IMG/VR virus record: IMGVR_UViG_2814123430_000001 | Location: 691-64,690 of that record | Direction: 5' to 3' (one strand) | Source of the DNA: a virus | Lineage: Duplodnaviria > Caudoviricetes | Length of the DNA: 64,000 bases | Shown here: positions 28,603-38,208 of the stretch, piece after piece | Numbering within the stretch: the stretch's first letter is position 1 | How the letters are laid out: each line of letters opens with the position of its first letter | Translations under genes and position numbers: made by a program | Notes under the pieces: model-generated | What the model was told of the DNA's origin: nothing | The model's input: the letters and a program-made list of their open reading frames with translations, nothing else | The model's database searches: none

Positions 28603-29088
28603 CTATGGTTGTTTGGGATTAGGTTTATCCGCACGGCGATAGCGTGCGGTGGTAAATTTAGGTAAATTGCTTGGTTCGCAAAGCTCTACTTGCCATGTTT
28701 CGGTCTGCACTAAAAGCTGATACTGCCAAAGGCCGTCTGACTCGCCGCCAAACTCTTCACTCACTAAACTACACGCTGTGCAGTTAGTTGGTTTAAACCC
28801 AACTATTGCCAAACGGAGTTGGTCTAACATTTCGATTGCCCCGTGGTCGTCATGCTGACTTCGAGCAATCACAGTAAGCGCAACCATCACCACTCGGCGT
28901 TGCTGGATAACATCCACGCTGTCGATGCTTTCAAACTTCGACCCGGCGTATTGCACTAAAACAGCACCGAATTCGTCTGTGAGATTGTAGTGCTCCAAAT
29001 CATCAGGAAATAACTCAATGCTAAACTTGTCCGTTTTATCGGCTATCCGTTGCTGTATGCTTTCTAAAATCGGAAGTGTTGCACTCAT
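28603..29088 (-). CDS. Mu gp37-like tail completion protein
   Basis: GAVLVQYAGSKF...GLWQY; position after gp36. Confidence 0.75.
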   Translation of the reverse strand: MSATLPILESIQQRIADKTDKFSIELFPDDLEHYNLTDEFGAVLVQYAGSKFESIDSVDVIQQRRVVMVALTVIARSQHDDHGAIEMLDQLRLAIVGFKPTNCTACSLVSEEFGGESDGLWQYQLLVQTETWQVELCEPSNLPKFTTARYRRADKPNPKQP

Positions 29089-29089
29089 A

Positions 29090-29524
29090 CTAATATCCTG
29101 TTAAATCGAGCTTCTGTGGCGCGCGCGTGTTGAATTTCAGCGCGGTTGGGTAGTTATCATCGGTCGCGCTCCCGATTTCCGTTAGGCCAAGATGCAGCTT
29201 GCCGTTTTGAATCCGTTCCAGGTCTTTCAAGGCTTGTGCATGGGTTTCGCGGACGTTGTCCGGGAATCCTTTACCGTCCGGGCGGCGGGAATACAACCAA
29301 TGACGTGCGATTTGTAAACAAATATTACGCACCAAGGTCGGCACTTGATTTAATGGCAAGACATAACGCGAGCGCAAATAGCCGTCCACGGTTTCCGTGG
29401 CGTATTCGCAAGCCTTATCCAATGTCATCTGATTTGCGGTAGTCGCGCGTGATGTATCATTTGATAGGGCGATTAGCGTGCTTTCGCTCATTACATCTTC
29501 TAAATCTTGTGCCGTGATGTACAT
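29090..29524 (-). CDS. Mu gp36-like head-tail adaptor (DUF1320)
   Basis: MYITAQDL...VDGYLRSRYVLPL...IARHWLY. Confidence 0.85.
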   Translation of the reverse strand: MYITAQDLEDVMSESTLIALSNDTSRATTANQMTLDKACEYATETVDGYLRSRYVLPLNQVPTLVRNICLQIARHWLYSRRPDGKGFPDNVRETHAQALKDLERIQNGKLHLGLTEIGSATDDNYPTALKFNTRAPQKLDLTGY

Positions 29525-29835
29525 TACTTATCTTTACCTTTGTTTGATTTTGTGGTTTCGCCCGCTTCTTCGGCTGGCTCTTCCGCAGCCGTTTCAGCAG
29601 CCGCTTCTTCTGCATCGCTTTCAACCTGTTCAGCTGCGGTTAATTCATCGCTTGCTGTTTGTTCAGCTTGTGCGCGTTGCTCGCTGTTAGTTTCAGCTGG
29701 CGTAATATAAATCGCGAGCTTGTCGGCTTCTTCTTCGGTAAGCTCAATGACATCGTTTTGCTCATATCGCTTGCCGTTGTGCAAAATTGCCATCGCTGCC
29801 GCGACTAAAAATGCCGTTTTTTGTTTATCTGACAT
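29524..29835 (-). CDS. Hypothetical head-associated protein (acidic tail)
   Basis: ILHNGKRYEQNDVIEL; follows capsid gene. Confidence 0.6.
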   Translation of the reverse strand: MSDKQKTAFLVAAAMAILHNGKRYEQNDVIELTEEEADKLAIYITPAETNSEQRAQAEQTASDELTAAEQVESDAEEAAAETAAEEPAEEAGETTKSNKGKDK

Positions 29836-29904
29836 AATTCACCCTTAAAATAAGTTGAAATTTAACCGCACTTAAATCGCGTTTAAATGCGGTTCAAATA
29901 GGGG

Positions 29905-30831
29905 TTAAATACAACCTTTGATTAAGTAACCCGCAGATTTACCCACAATGTATGGTTTATTGATATCGGTCGTGCGAACGATTTCAACTTTGCCACCCAC
30001 TTCGGGGTAAGTATCTACATATAAGCCGTTTTTGCGGCGCACGGTATAACCAAATGATGGTTCATAGATATTTTGTTTCTGCTCTTTTGATGCCGGCGCA
30101 ACATAAGCCAACACAATCGCTTTAGACCAAATATCTTTTAATTCACCGGCTTGTTCATGCACAGCTTCACCCACAACAACACGATCTACTTTGATTAATT
30201 TTGCAAAGTCTTCCGGGGTTAATACGGCAGTCGCCACGTATTTGATTTTTTCTAATACTTTCGGGTGTTCGCTTAACACTTCCCATACATCGCCGGAAAT
30301 TGCACAAACGTTTGGTTTACGGCCTGTGGTGCGTTTAATTGCACGAATACCGGTTTTAATCACACCAATAGGGTCTGAATTAGGGTCGGTAAATTGAGAC
30401 GTGCCGCTTAAGGTCACTTTGTTTGTGGTTTCGTAATTCGCTTCGTTTAAAGCTAAGTCCGCACAAGCTTTTTCACGACCGAGCGCGATGACATCTTGTG
30501 TCACGCCGGTTGCGTATTGGCGTAATGGATAAACACCTTCGGTTTCATTCACTTCGCGGATGTCGATTGGGTATTCGATGTCGTTTTCTTCTAAAACAAC
30601 GGTCAATGAACCAATGTCTTCCGGCGTTAAACGATTTGATGCCGCACGAAGCTCACGTTTTGTGGTTTGTAAACGGAACGCTAAACGACCGAATGTAGGG
30701 ATTTTGCCACCTTCTTTTTGCGTTTCAGCGATAGGGAACAACACTTCAGAAATCATGTTGCCGTTGTAATAACCTTGTGCGAGCGCCGTTAATACCGGGT
30801 CAACTACGCGTTGTTTTGATAAATCAGTCAT
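29905..30831 (-). CDS. Major capsid protein (Mu element)
   Basis: 308 aa; VDPVLT..A.GY N-terminus; position after protease/scaffold. Confidence 0.8.
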   Translation of the reverse strand: MTDLSKQRVVDPVLTALAQGYYNGNMISEVLFPIAETQKEGGKIPTFGRLAFRLQTTKRELRAASNRLTPEDIGSLTVVLEENDIEYPIDIREVNETEGVYPLRQYATGVTQDVIALGREKACADLALNEANYETTNKVTLSGTSQFTDPNSDPIGVIKTGIRAIKRTTGRKPNVCAISGDVWEVLSEHPKVLEKIKYVATAVLTPEDFAKLIKVDRVVVGEAVHEQAGELKDIWSKAIVLAYVAPASKEQKQNIYEPSFGYTVRRKNGLYVDTYPEVGGKVEIVRTTDINKPYIVGKSAGYLIKGCI

Positions 30832-30842
30832 GCATTTGCTCC

Positions 30843-31946
30843 TTATTGAGTGATTGCGTTAAATGCGGTTGTGTAGCCCACATTGTGTTCTTTCATATAA
30901 GCGCGGACTTTCTTGTCCATATCAATGGACTCAGCGCTTGTGCCTTCGGCGTATTCCACCGTGCCATCTTCTGCGGTTGTGGCATTTTCTTTGGTAGCCA
31001 CTTCGTTAAATTCAACGATAGCGGGCTGCGCTTCTAAAAACGCCTTGATTTTTCCGTGTAGGCTTTCACCTTCACCGAATTCAACCACGCCGCCAGCTGC
31101 GCTTGTTGAACCGAGATTTAATAAATCAATGGCCTGTTGTTTTGCCACCGGGGCTAATTTGCCCGCTTTTACTAAGCCTTCGGCAAAGTCGGCGTTGTCG
31201 GCTTTTGCTTGGTTAAGTGCTGCTTCAGCTTTTTCGGCTTTCAACTGTTGGTTTTCTGCCTTGAGCTGTTCAATTTCTTCAGGGGTCATTTCAGGTTCTC
31301 CTTGTGGTTCTGAAGGTTGTTCTAAAGTGGGTTCGTTAAAACTAGGAATGGGCGAGCCGACTTCCGTTTGGTTGATACGTTTATATTCGTTTCGGATGGA
31401 CTCTTCTTGCACGCTTAACACGAGATAGTCCGGGATGGCTTTATCAGCTTCTTCCTGTCCGTGCGTACCAATAAACCAATCGCGCAAGCGACGCCAAAGG
31501 CTGGCTTCTGCCCAATCAGAAAAATCAACCACGCCTTGCTCGTCTTCAGCGAATTCCGGGTTGCGTAGGCCTTTTACCGCTGGCGGCATAGCACCTAAAA
31601 ATCCAACATGGCGCAAATACAAATTGCCAGGGCAAGGGTTGTTTGGGCTGTCTGCTAAATAAAATGATGATGAGACTTTTTTGAATCGCCCTTTATCCAC
31701 CATTTCGGCAAATTCAGGGTCTACCTGGTCGAATTCGGCTTTTAATACATCGCCGTCTAATTCAAGGCGTTTTACCCAACCATACGCGGGGGCGTTGTGT
31801 TTAGGATGGCCAATTACCGCCGGGGACTCATGAAAGTTTACGTTGTAGGCATTGACCGCTTGTTGCAAATCTTCCGTGGTAATTTCCACTTCTAAGCCAT
31901 TTGCATCAGTGCGTTTGCCCGCTTTGAAAATCTCAATTAATTGCAT
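30843..31946 (-). CDS. Mu gpI/Z-like prohead protease and scaffold
   Basis: IEIFKAG...IGHP..NAPAYGW...LRHVGFLGAMPPAVKGL. Confidence 0.88.
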   Translation of the reverse strand: MQLIEIFKAGKRTDANGLEVEITTEDLQQAVNAYNVNFHESPAVIGHPKHNAPAYGWVKRLELDGDVLKAEFDQVDPEFAEMVDKGRFKKVSSSFYLADSPNNPCPGNLYLRHVGFLGAMPPAVKGLRNPEFAEDEQGVVDFSDWAEASLWRRLRDWFIGTHGQEEADKAIPDYLVLSVQEESIRNEYKRINQTEVGSPIPSFNEPTLEQPSEPQGEPEMTPEEIEQLKAENQQLKAEKAEAALNQAKADNADFAEGLVKAGKLAPVAKQQAIDLLNLGSTSAAGGVVEFGEGESLHGKIKAFLEAQPAIVEFNEVATKENATTAEDGTVEYAEGTSAESIDMDKKVRAYMKEHNVGYTTAFNAITQ

Positions 31947-31971
31947 AAGGTATCCTCGTTTGAATACCGCT

Positions 31972-32016
31972 AGCATAGAGAAAAAATGCGGACTTGAATT
32001 TTAAAGTGGTTGAAAG
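31972..32016 (-). promoter_or_regulatory. Activator-dependent late promoter (gene I)
   Basis: CTTTCAA-N4-TTTAAAA dyad, 21 bp, TATGCT -10. Confidence 0.65.
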
Positions 32017-32194
32017 AATAAAAGAGGGGTTTTTGACGCGGGATTAAAATGCACTTTATCTTTAAATTTAAAACGCTTTAAATGGCGTTCAAATCGCTTC
32101 AAATCGATTTAAATTTTTTCGGTCGATAAATTGCATTAATTTTAAATAAAAGCTCTGTGGCGCGATTTTGTGGCGTTATTTTGATTTTTTGCTT

Positions 32195-32659
32195 TTACTT
32201 TAAATTTTTGTCAATTTGTCGTTGTAAAAGTGCGGTGGATTTCTTCAGAAGTTTTTGACCATCACTTTCATTGATACCCAACCAAGGGCGAGCTGGAATT
32301 TTAACCTTACGACCACGCCCGGCGTTTCCACCGAATTGATGTAGGCGAGCATATTTTGCGTCACTACCAAACTCAACATGGTCATTATCGTAATTATACG
32401 CGGTTTTGTCTGATAGGTAACCGTCTTGACGTAAAATCTTTGTGCTTTTCCCGCGTTTCATTTTTAACGCTTTCGTGCGTGGCGATAACGCTTGCCAACG
32501 ATTACCTTTTGGATCAATTTCAGCTTTAAAGCGGGCATCATGAATTTTTTTCAACGTTTCGCCCAGCAAACCATACAGCTGACGTGGCTTTTCTAATTGA
32601 TTTGCAATGCTGGTCAATTTCTGAATTGCTTGATTATCGTTAATGGTAATCTTTAACAT
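32195..32659 (-). CDS. Mu gpG-like virion morphogenesis protein
   Basis: YARLHQFGG...KIPARPWLG. Confidence 0.88.
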   Translation of the reverse strand: MLKITINDNQAIQKLTSIANQLEKPRQLYGLLGETLKKIHDARFKAEIDPKGNRWQALSPRTKALKMKRGKSTKILRQDGYLSDKTAYNYDNDHVEFGSDAKYARLHQFGGNAGRGRKVKIPARPWLGINESDGQKLLKKSTALLQRQIDKNLK

Positions 32660-32668
32660 AATTTTCTC

Positions 32669-32697
32669 TTGATAAAAATAATGCCTGGGCGTATAGT
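32669..32697 (+). promoter_or_regulatory. Sigma70 promoter of antisense structured RNA
   Basis: TTGATA-17 bp-TATAGT; predicted +1 near 32704. Confidence 0.7.
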
Positions 32698-32703
32698 GAA
32701 TTT

Positions 32704-32779
32704 GCGGTGGGGGTTTCCTACTGGAAAGGTTGCCAGGCGTAAGCTCGCATTATCCTGTTCGAATCAGGCAAACCACCGC
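32704..32779 (+). ncRNA. 76-nt tRNA-like cloverleaf RNA
   Basis: Closing stem GCGGTGG/CCACCGC; arms TTTCC-CTACT-GGAAA, TGC..GGC-GTAA-GCT..GCA, and CCTG-TTCGAAT-CAGG (T-loop). Confidence 0.6.
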
Positions 32780-32784
32780 AATAA

Positions 32785-34041
32785 TTACAACTCCCCATAT
32801 AACACTTCAAAACGTCCTAACGAGCTTAAATCTTCTAAACGACTTGCTGTTCTGACCATGTTCAATTTATGCGGTAGCTTCTTCCCGCTCAACGCGTCTT
32901 TTAGCTTAATTTCATAGTCCATTTTAACCGCCACTTTGCCTTGTTCAGTTTCATAAACAAATAACAGGGTCGGTTGTTTTTGTTGGTCGTCCAATAAGAT
33001 CGCTTTCGGGTGGCGCAGTTTTTCCGGTAACTGTTCCCAAAACTCCACCGGCAAGCTAATGCCTTTGGCTTGTTTGGTATCGCGTAACGCATGCAACACA
33101 TCTTCATCACGCACAGCGATTACCGCGCTCTGCGGGGCTTTTTCTAAATTGTCCAGTTTAGTTAATACCGGTTCAGGAATCGCCCCTACATACTTCATAT
33201 TGCCACGTGCGATTTTTTGCTGGCTGACTGTATCGACCATTTCTTTCATCGCGCCGTTTAATAGCACCATGGCTTTTGGGTTTTTCAGCACATCATCAAT
33301 TAACAGGCTAGCTAAATGCGGCTCGGCGGTTGTCATTTTTTGCAATAACAACTTGTCCACATCAACATCGCGAGATTGCGTTAGGCGCTCAAAGTTATAA
33401 GGTGCAAATCCCACGTCATAACCTTTCGGTACGCGTACTGTTCGTGGATTACCGGAGCGAACGCCTACCAGTTTTTCTTCCCACTCAATTTCAGGTGATG
33501 GACTCACATTTCGCCCCATTTCGGCTAAATCATCGGCATCGTGTGCTGATACCGTGCAGTGGCAGCCGTACGCTTTGATTGGATAATAATAGCGCCAAAA
33601 CGGATCTGTGGCGGGTAGAATTGTGCCGTCTAACGCGATATGTTCCTCGCGCGGATGTTCGTTATCATGGTGGTGATATTCCCAATACGGCAATACATCG
33701 ACCAAATCCAAATGCTGCGCCAATCGTCCTCGGTTATACGCGCCATAAACGTTGGTATCGTAAATAATCCGGGTTCGCCAGTTTCGCCCGCCGTTATATT
33801 GCCAGCCGGTATTTGCCACAATGTCATCAAAACGCTTGCGAAATCCCTCTAAGGTTTCACCATTTGCAATGGCATCATCTACCGCTTCGCGAAATGCCGT
33901 CAGCACTTCATTACGGTTTGCGCCAGCCACCATAAAAAAATAGTCATGTTCTTCACCTAGCACGTCTAAATAGCTATTGGTAGGCAAATTGAGTTTCTTC
34001 TCAAAATATTTGACCTGCTCTTCAAAAGTGAATTTACTCAT
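32785..34041 (-). CDS. Mu gpF head morphogenesis protein with C-terminal extension (putative BECR-fold nuclease)
   Basis: MuF core (RTRIIYDTNV...REEH...YYPIKAYGCHC) plus about 130-aa extra C-terminal domain; start at MSKFTF. Confidence 0.8.
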   Translation of the reverse strand: MSKFTFEEQVKYFEKKLNLPTNSYLDVLGEEHDYFFMVAGANRNEVLTAFREAVDDAIANGETLEGFRKRFDDIVANTGWQYNGGRNWRTRIIYDTNVYGAYNRGRLAQHLDLVDVLPYWEYHHHDNEHPREEHIALDGTILPATDPFWRYYYPIKAYGCHCTVSAHDADDLAEMGRNVSPSPEIEWEEKLVGVRSGNPRTVRVPKGYDVGFAPYNFERLTQSRDVDVDKLLLQKMTTAEPHLASLLIDDVLKNPKAMVLLNGAMKEMVDTVSQQKIARGNMKYVGAIPEPVLTKLDNLEKAPQSAVIAVRDEDVLHALRDTKQAKGISLPVEFWEQLPEKLRHPKAILLDDQQKQPTLLFVYETEQGKVAVKMDYEIKLKDALSGKKLPHKLNMVRTASRLEDLSSLGRFEVLYGEL

Positions 34042-34042
34042 T

Positions 34043-35470
34043 TTATTTACGCTCATCTTCAACGGACTGACGACCAGCAAAGTGTGCCGCTGTTGATGCC
34101 CACGCCATTACTTTGCCGTATTCTGCAAAACTCAATTCAGGGATTAAGCTGTCTAACTGATTGCGAAAATCTTCCAGGCTTTCTGCTTGAGATAGCTTAT
34201 CCTGGATAGATTGCAGCCATTCTTCCACAAATGGTTCACCTTCGACTTCTAGCTGCTCCCCAATGGTTTCCACGATAGACTTAGGAATCGCCTCGGCGAA
34301 ATCTGCCGTATTTTTGACCGCACTTTTTTCGGGTGCGGCAACTACAATGTCGCCTTCTTCAAATCCATAGGTTCGCATGATGTATTGCTCGGTGAATTGA
34401 ACGCCTAATCCCACCAATAATTCGTCACGCTCGGCTTGTAATTTATCAATGCTTTCCTGTTCATAAAGCTCAAATGTCGGCAGCATGTCCACGTGGAAAT
34501 TTAACTCACAAATCCAGGCTAATAATTGGTTAAACACGCCTTCAACCATGCGGGCATCATCATCGCGAATATCACGGGTCACTTCTAAGCCAGCTGTCGC
34601 GCTTGCACGATTTGCTTCAGCTTCTGTGGTTTGGTTTTGCCCCAATAACGCGATGGCGATTTCTGATTTGCAGTAGCGCAAGAAATCATCAAACACTTGT
34701 GATGAACCGCCTTTGCTTCCGCTTTCAAGCATATCAATAGAGCTGTCGTCCGGGATAGCTGCCACGGCCGTGCCGAGCATTTTTTCCATGCTATCTAACA
34801 ACTCATCAATTTCATGAGCGTTAGCGTTTCGTGGGTATTTACCAACCAACCACGGCGAGCCGTATTTTTCAGCAAACTCTAACCAAAACTTGAACCCGCC
34901 TTTCTTAAAGGTCGCCGCCCAAAAACACATCGCCAGGTCTGCGCGACCGTATGGGTTCATGTAGTCGGCCTGTTGGGTTGCGAGTAAAAATTTCTTTTCC
35001 GGCACAATGTCGCCATTGCGGTTCTCTTTTGTGCGCAGCATTAAACGGTTGTCTTCATCAAATACAAACCACTCTTGTGGCTTTCCGACTATTTCAGTTG
35101 GGAGTAATAATCCGTTCTCACTTGCCCACATTACCTCAAGCGCCTGGTAACCAAACAGGGTGGCGTCTAAAATTTGATTGATGATTTGATTTACCGGTAA
35201 ACGGTCAAAAAGCGAGACCAGGATTTCATCTGTTTTTTCATTTCCAGTTGGGGTAATGCGCCACTCTAAACCTTTAATGGCGGCTTTACGGCGGCGAACA
35301 CAACCGCCCACATGGCTATCTGACAAAATTTCTCGATAGACTGAAATGTCGCGCCCCATTTTCTTCAATACAGGATCAGGGTTTGGGAGGTAGTGCATAA
35401 ACGACCAAAAGTCGATAGCCTTCGCGCGGGTAGCGATGACGCCGATTAAATCTTGTTTTTTTGTTGTCAT
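34043..35470 (-). CDS. Portal protein (Mu gp29, DUF935)
   Basis: FWLEFAEKYGSP, SEIAIALLGQ. Confidence 0.9.
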   Translation of the reverse strand: MTTKKQDLIGVIATRAKAIDFWSFMHYLPNPDPVLKKMGRDISVYREILSDSHVGGCVRRRKAAIKGLEWRITPTGNEKTDEILVSLFDRLPVNQIINQILDATLFGYQALEVMWASENGLLLPTEIVGKPQEWFVFDEDNRLMLRTKENRNGDIVPEKKFLLATQQADYMNPYGRADLAMCFWAATFKKGGFKFWLEFAEKYGSPWLVGKYPRNANAHEIDELLDSMEKMLGTAVAAIPDDSSIDMLESGSKGGSSQVFDDFLRYCKSEIAIALLGQNQTTEAEANRASATAGLEVTRDIRDDDARMVEGVFNQLLAWICELNFHVDMLPTFELYEQESIDKLQAERDELLVGLGVQFTEQYIMRTYGFEEGDIVVAAPEKSAVKNTADFAEAIPKSIVETIGEQLEVEGEPFVEEWLQSIQDKLSQAESLEDFRNQLDSLIPELSFAEYGKVMAWASTAAHFAGRQSVEDERK

Positions 35471-35472
35471 AA

Positions 35473-36777
35473 TTAATATCCTTGGGTCATTTTACGACTT
35501 GTTCGTTGTTTACGGCTGTACGCCTTGACCGGTTGCATAACCGCCTCCGTTGCGGCTGTTAAAGCTAAAAAGCACGCCCAGGTTCGGTCGGCGTGACCGT
35601 TGCTGTCGCTTTCTGCGGTAAAGCGTGGCTGGCCGTTGCTGCCGGTTATTTTTTTGAGCTTGTGTAAATCTTCTCGCAAATCTGCGTCACCTTGCGGGAT
35701 GCGAATTTTGCGGTCTTCAAAGGCCGTTTTACCGATAGTGGCCATTTTTAGTTTAGTGGAAACGTTAAAAAGGACACCTTGAATTCGCTTGCCGTGTTCA
35801 TATTGCGCATCCTCGACCATTTTTTCACCCATGCCTGTTTGGTCGAGATTACCGCCCACTACGTGATACTGGCGCATGATGCGGTTTAATTCTTCTTGTT
35901 GTTGGCGTAATTGCACGCGTTTTAATGTCACAATCTCTCGCGTCCAATACACATCGCCTACCAATTCAACCACCCAAATCACCGTCAAGTCATTGCGCAC
36001 CGCAATATCCATTCCCACAAAACAAGCACCGCCTTGATAGAGTTCAGGTTTGCCCGCGTCCGGATGTTCTACACCGTCAATTAAGTCGTATGATAGCCAC
36101 GCGCTGGCTTCATCTAGCCATTTGAGTTCAAATTCTTGCGCCCAAGCGTCTTCATCATTTAAACCACGGCGAAGCTGTTCAACATCACGCGGCAATCCGT
36201 CAGCAACCGCATGGTAAATATCAACCGTGTGGCGAGACCATTCAGTGTTATTGACATCAGTCATTAATTCGTAAAACTTATTCCCCTTGCCGTTTGGGGT
36301 TGATACCACGCGCAATTTCCATCCAGCAGAGATTACCGGGAATAATGCTTTCCAAATCTCGCGGCTATCCGCATGGAAGGCAAACTCATCTAGGAATACA
36401 TTCGCTGAGAAACCACGGGCAGTATCAGGGTTAGCGGGAAGCGCGGTGATTTTTGAGCCGCCTGGAAAGACAACTTCGAGCGCGTTGATTGTTGAATTAA
36501 AAGGCACTTCCAATACTTCACAAACCATGCCTAACGCTTCAAGGTGGCGTTTTACCCCTTCGTTCATCGCTTCTTTTGCCTGGCGTTCCCCGCGAGATAA
36601 AATCACCCAGCGAGTGCGTTCACCCTTAGCTTCTGCCGCTAAACAATCCATCACAATTTCAAAAGTGGTCGTAAATGTTTTACCCGTCTGACGAGCAAAC
36701 ATAGCCACCTTGAACCGGCTTTTATCATTTAGCCAGTTTTTTTGATAGTTATAGAGAACGGTTTTATTCGATGCCAT
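35473..36777 (-). CDS. Terminase large subunit (Mu gp28-like)
   Basis: ARQTGKT Walker A, LDEFAFH Walker B, STPNG, GHAD. Confidence 0.92.
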   Translation of the reverse strand: MASNKTVLYNYQKNWLNDKSRFKVAMFARQTGKTFTTTFEIVMDCLAAEAKGERTRWVILSRGERQAKEAMNEGVKRHLEALGMVCEVLEVPFNSTINALEVVFPGGSKITALPANPDTARGFSANVFLDEFAFHADSREIWKALFPVISAGWKLRVVSTPNGKGNKFYELMTDVNNTEWSRHTVDIYHAVADGLPRDVEQLRRGLNDEDAWAQEFELKWLDEASAWLSYDLIDGVEHPDAGKPELYQGGACFVGMDIAVRNDLTVIWVVELVGDVYWTREIVTLKRVQLRQQQEELNRIMRQYHVVGGNLDQTGMGEKMVEDAQYEHGKRIQGVLFNVSTKLKMATIGKTAFEDRKIRIPQGDADLREDLHKLKKITGSNGQPRFTAESDSNGHADRTWACFLALTAATEAVMQPVKAYSRKQRTSRKMTQGY

Positions 36778-37333
36778 AAACTGCTTTTACCATTTTTTGC
36801 ACATCTTCAAGACTCACGCCTTGTTCTTTCCCAACTTCTTCTACGGCTTCTGCGGCACGCTTAATAGTTTCCTGGCGTATTGCTTGCTCACGTTTAAAAC
36901 TTAAACTTTCAGCCTGTTCTAAGCGTTGAATAGCGGACGATAATAATGCAAGGTCTTTTGGTTCTGCCTGGCCGTTTTCACTCATGCCGATGGACGTTTC
37001 AAACGCTAGGTTCTTAACAATTTCCATCAATAGCTTGCCAATATCGCTCTGTGGCGCTTCACCGAATTGTTTCGTCCAAATTTCGGCGACTTCACGCGCG
37101 TTGCGAATTTTGCTTGCCATTTGTTCCATGCGGCTGGCGTAACGGTTGAGGCCTGTGCGGCTTAATTGATAGCTGTCATCTAACCCGCAATCACGGATCA
37201 GGTCGTTGATTTCTTCAAGAATTTGCGCTTGTGAAAGGTGTTTGTCCCGCAACATCATTGCCAGTTGGGTTTTGATATTAGGTGGAAGCAAGTCCACTTT
37301 GCTTGCACGGCCGCGTGTATTTTTATCGGTCAT
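36764..37333 (-). CDS. Mu gp27-like protein (DUF3486, putative small terminase)
   Basis: RGRASKVDLLP N-terminus; position before terminase. Confidence 0.8.
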   Translation of the reverse strand: MTDKNTRGRASKVDLLPPNIKTQLAMMLRDKHLSQAQILEEINDLIRDCGLDDSYQLSRTGLNRYASRMEQMASKIRNAREVAEIWTKQFGEAPQSDIGKLLMEIVKNLAFETSIGMSENGQAEPKDLALLSSAIQRLEQAESLSFKREQAIRQETIKRAAEAVEEVGKEQGVSLEDVQKMVKAVYGIE

Positions 37334-37355
37334 TTAAACCTCCTTTAAATTGGGT

Positions 37356-37661
37356 TTAAATCTTTGGACTTGGCTTTTTTACGCCGTCCACAAAAGCGCG
37401 ACCTTGTGCCACATCCAGCCCACGCTGCGTAATAGTAGCCACGAAGAAATCTTTGCCGTTATTGTTTAAACGAGCCAGCGTAATTAAGCCTTGCTCTTCA
37501 AGCCATAACAGGTGGTTTCGCACTAAGTCTCGGCTAATATCGTGGCCATACATATCTAAGCAATCATTTAAAATGCTTTCATTGGCATCATAACCACACT
37601 CTTCAAGCGAGCGCAGAATAACCAAACGCTGGTCTTTGGTGAAAATATCTTGGCGCATCAT
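37356..37661 (-). CDS. Mu gp26-like protein
   Basis: RLVILRSL...WLEEQGL...T.RGLDVA.G...VDGVK.P. Confidence 0.8.
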   Translation of the reverse strand: MMRQDIFTKDQRLVILRSLEECGYDANESILNDCLDMYGHDISRDLVRNHLLWLEEQGLITLARLNNNGKDFFVATITQRGLDVAQGRAFVDGVKKPSPKI

Positions 37662-37987
37662 TCTTTATTTACCTCTTTTTCAATTAACAACTTCACTTGA
37701 TGGTTAAGGCTGCCAATGTTGGTATTTAATACGTCGGTTTTGCCTTTCATTTCCGTCATTAATAAACGCAAATCAGCCACTTCTTTTGACGTTGGCAGAT
37801 GTCTTAATTCGCCTTTGACTTCCGATAGGCTTTTTTCGTTGTTTTCAATCGCCTTGCGCAAGTCTGACACATCGGTTTTGCGCGCGTATTTGCTGTCCAT
37901 GGTCAACCAAAAATAAGTCCACACAGCCCCGCCAATCGCCACAACGATTGCCCAATGGCGTTGGATAAATTCCAGTGTTTCTAGCAT
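37658..37987 (-). CDS. Mu gp25-like protein (DUF2730)
   Basis: N-terminal TM plus coiled coil, LRHLPT motif. Confidence 0.75.
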   Translation of the reverse strand: MLETLEFIQRHWAIVVAIGGAVWTYFWLTMDSKYARKTDVSDLRKAIENNEKSLSEVKGELRHLPTSKEVADLRLLMTEMKGKTDVLNTNIGSLNHQVKLLIEKEVNKE

Positions 37988-38208
37988 TATTTAGGTTCCT
38001 TTTTTTGGCAGATTTTTTCATAAGTCAAGTTATGATTAAGCACCTGCCGTTTGGTTTCTTCTGTATCTTTACGGCTTGGATAAATAAGACCGAATGCTGA
38101 ACATCCGCTAGTCTTCACGGAAATAACCTTTTGACTGCAGCTGCTCATCAACAGACTTGCTAGACAAAGTGCGGTTAGTTTCAGTAATGTTTTTTGCTGT
38201 ATTTGCAT
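37987..38208 (-). CDS. Outer-membrane spanin-like lipoprotein
   Basis: Lipobox LMSSC; overlaps the i-spanin gene in another frame. Confidence 0.65.
   Translation of the reverse strand: MQIQQKTLLKLTALCLASLLMSSCSQKVISVKTSGCSAFGLIYPSRKDTEETKRQVLNHNLTYEKICQKKEPK

Noticed and set aside
32704-32779. A functional tRNA gene
   Set aside because: Has a T-loop and an acceptor-like stem but no D-loop GG, no 7-nt anticodon loop and no CCA; kept only as a tRNA-like ncRNA
32669-32917. 82-aa + strand ORF
   Set aside because: Its TTG start is the -35 box, it has no SD, and it runs antisense to muF; the RNA explanation fits better
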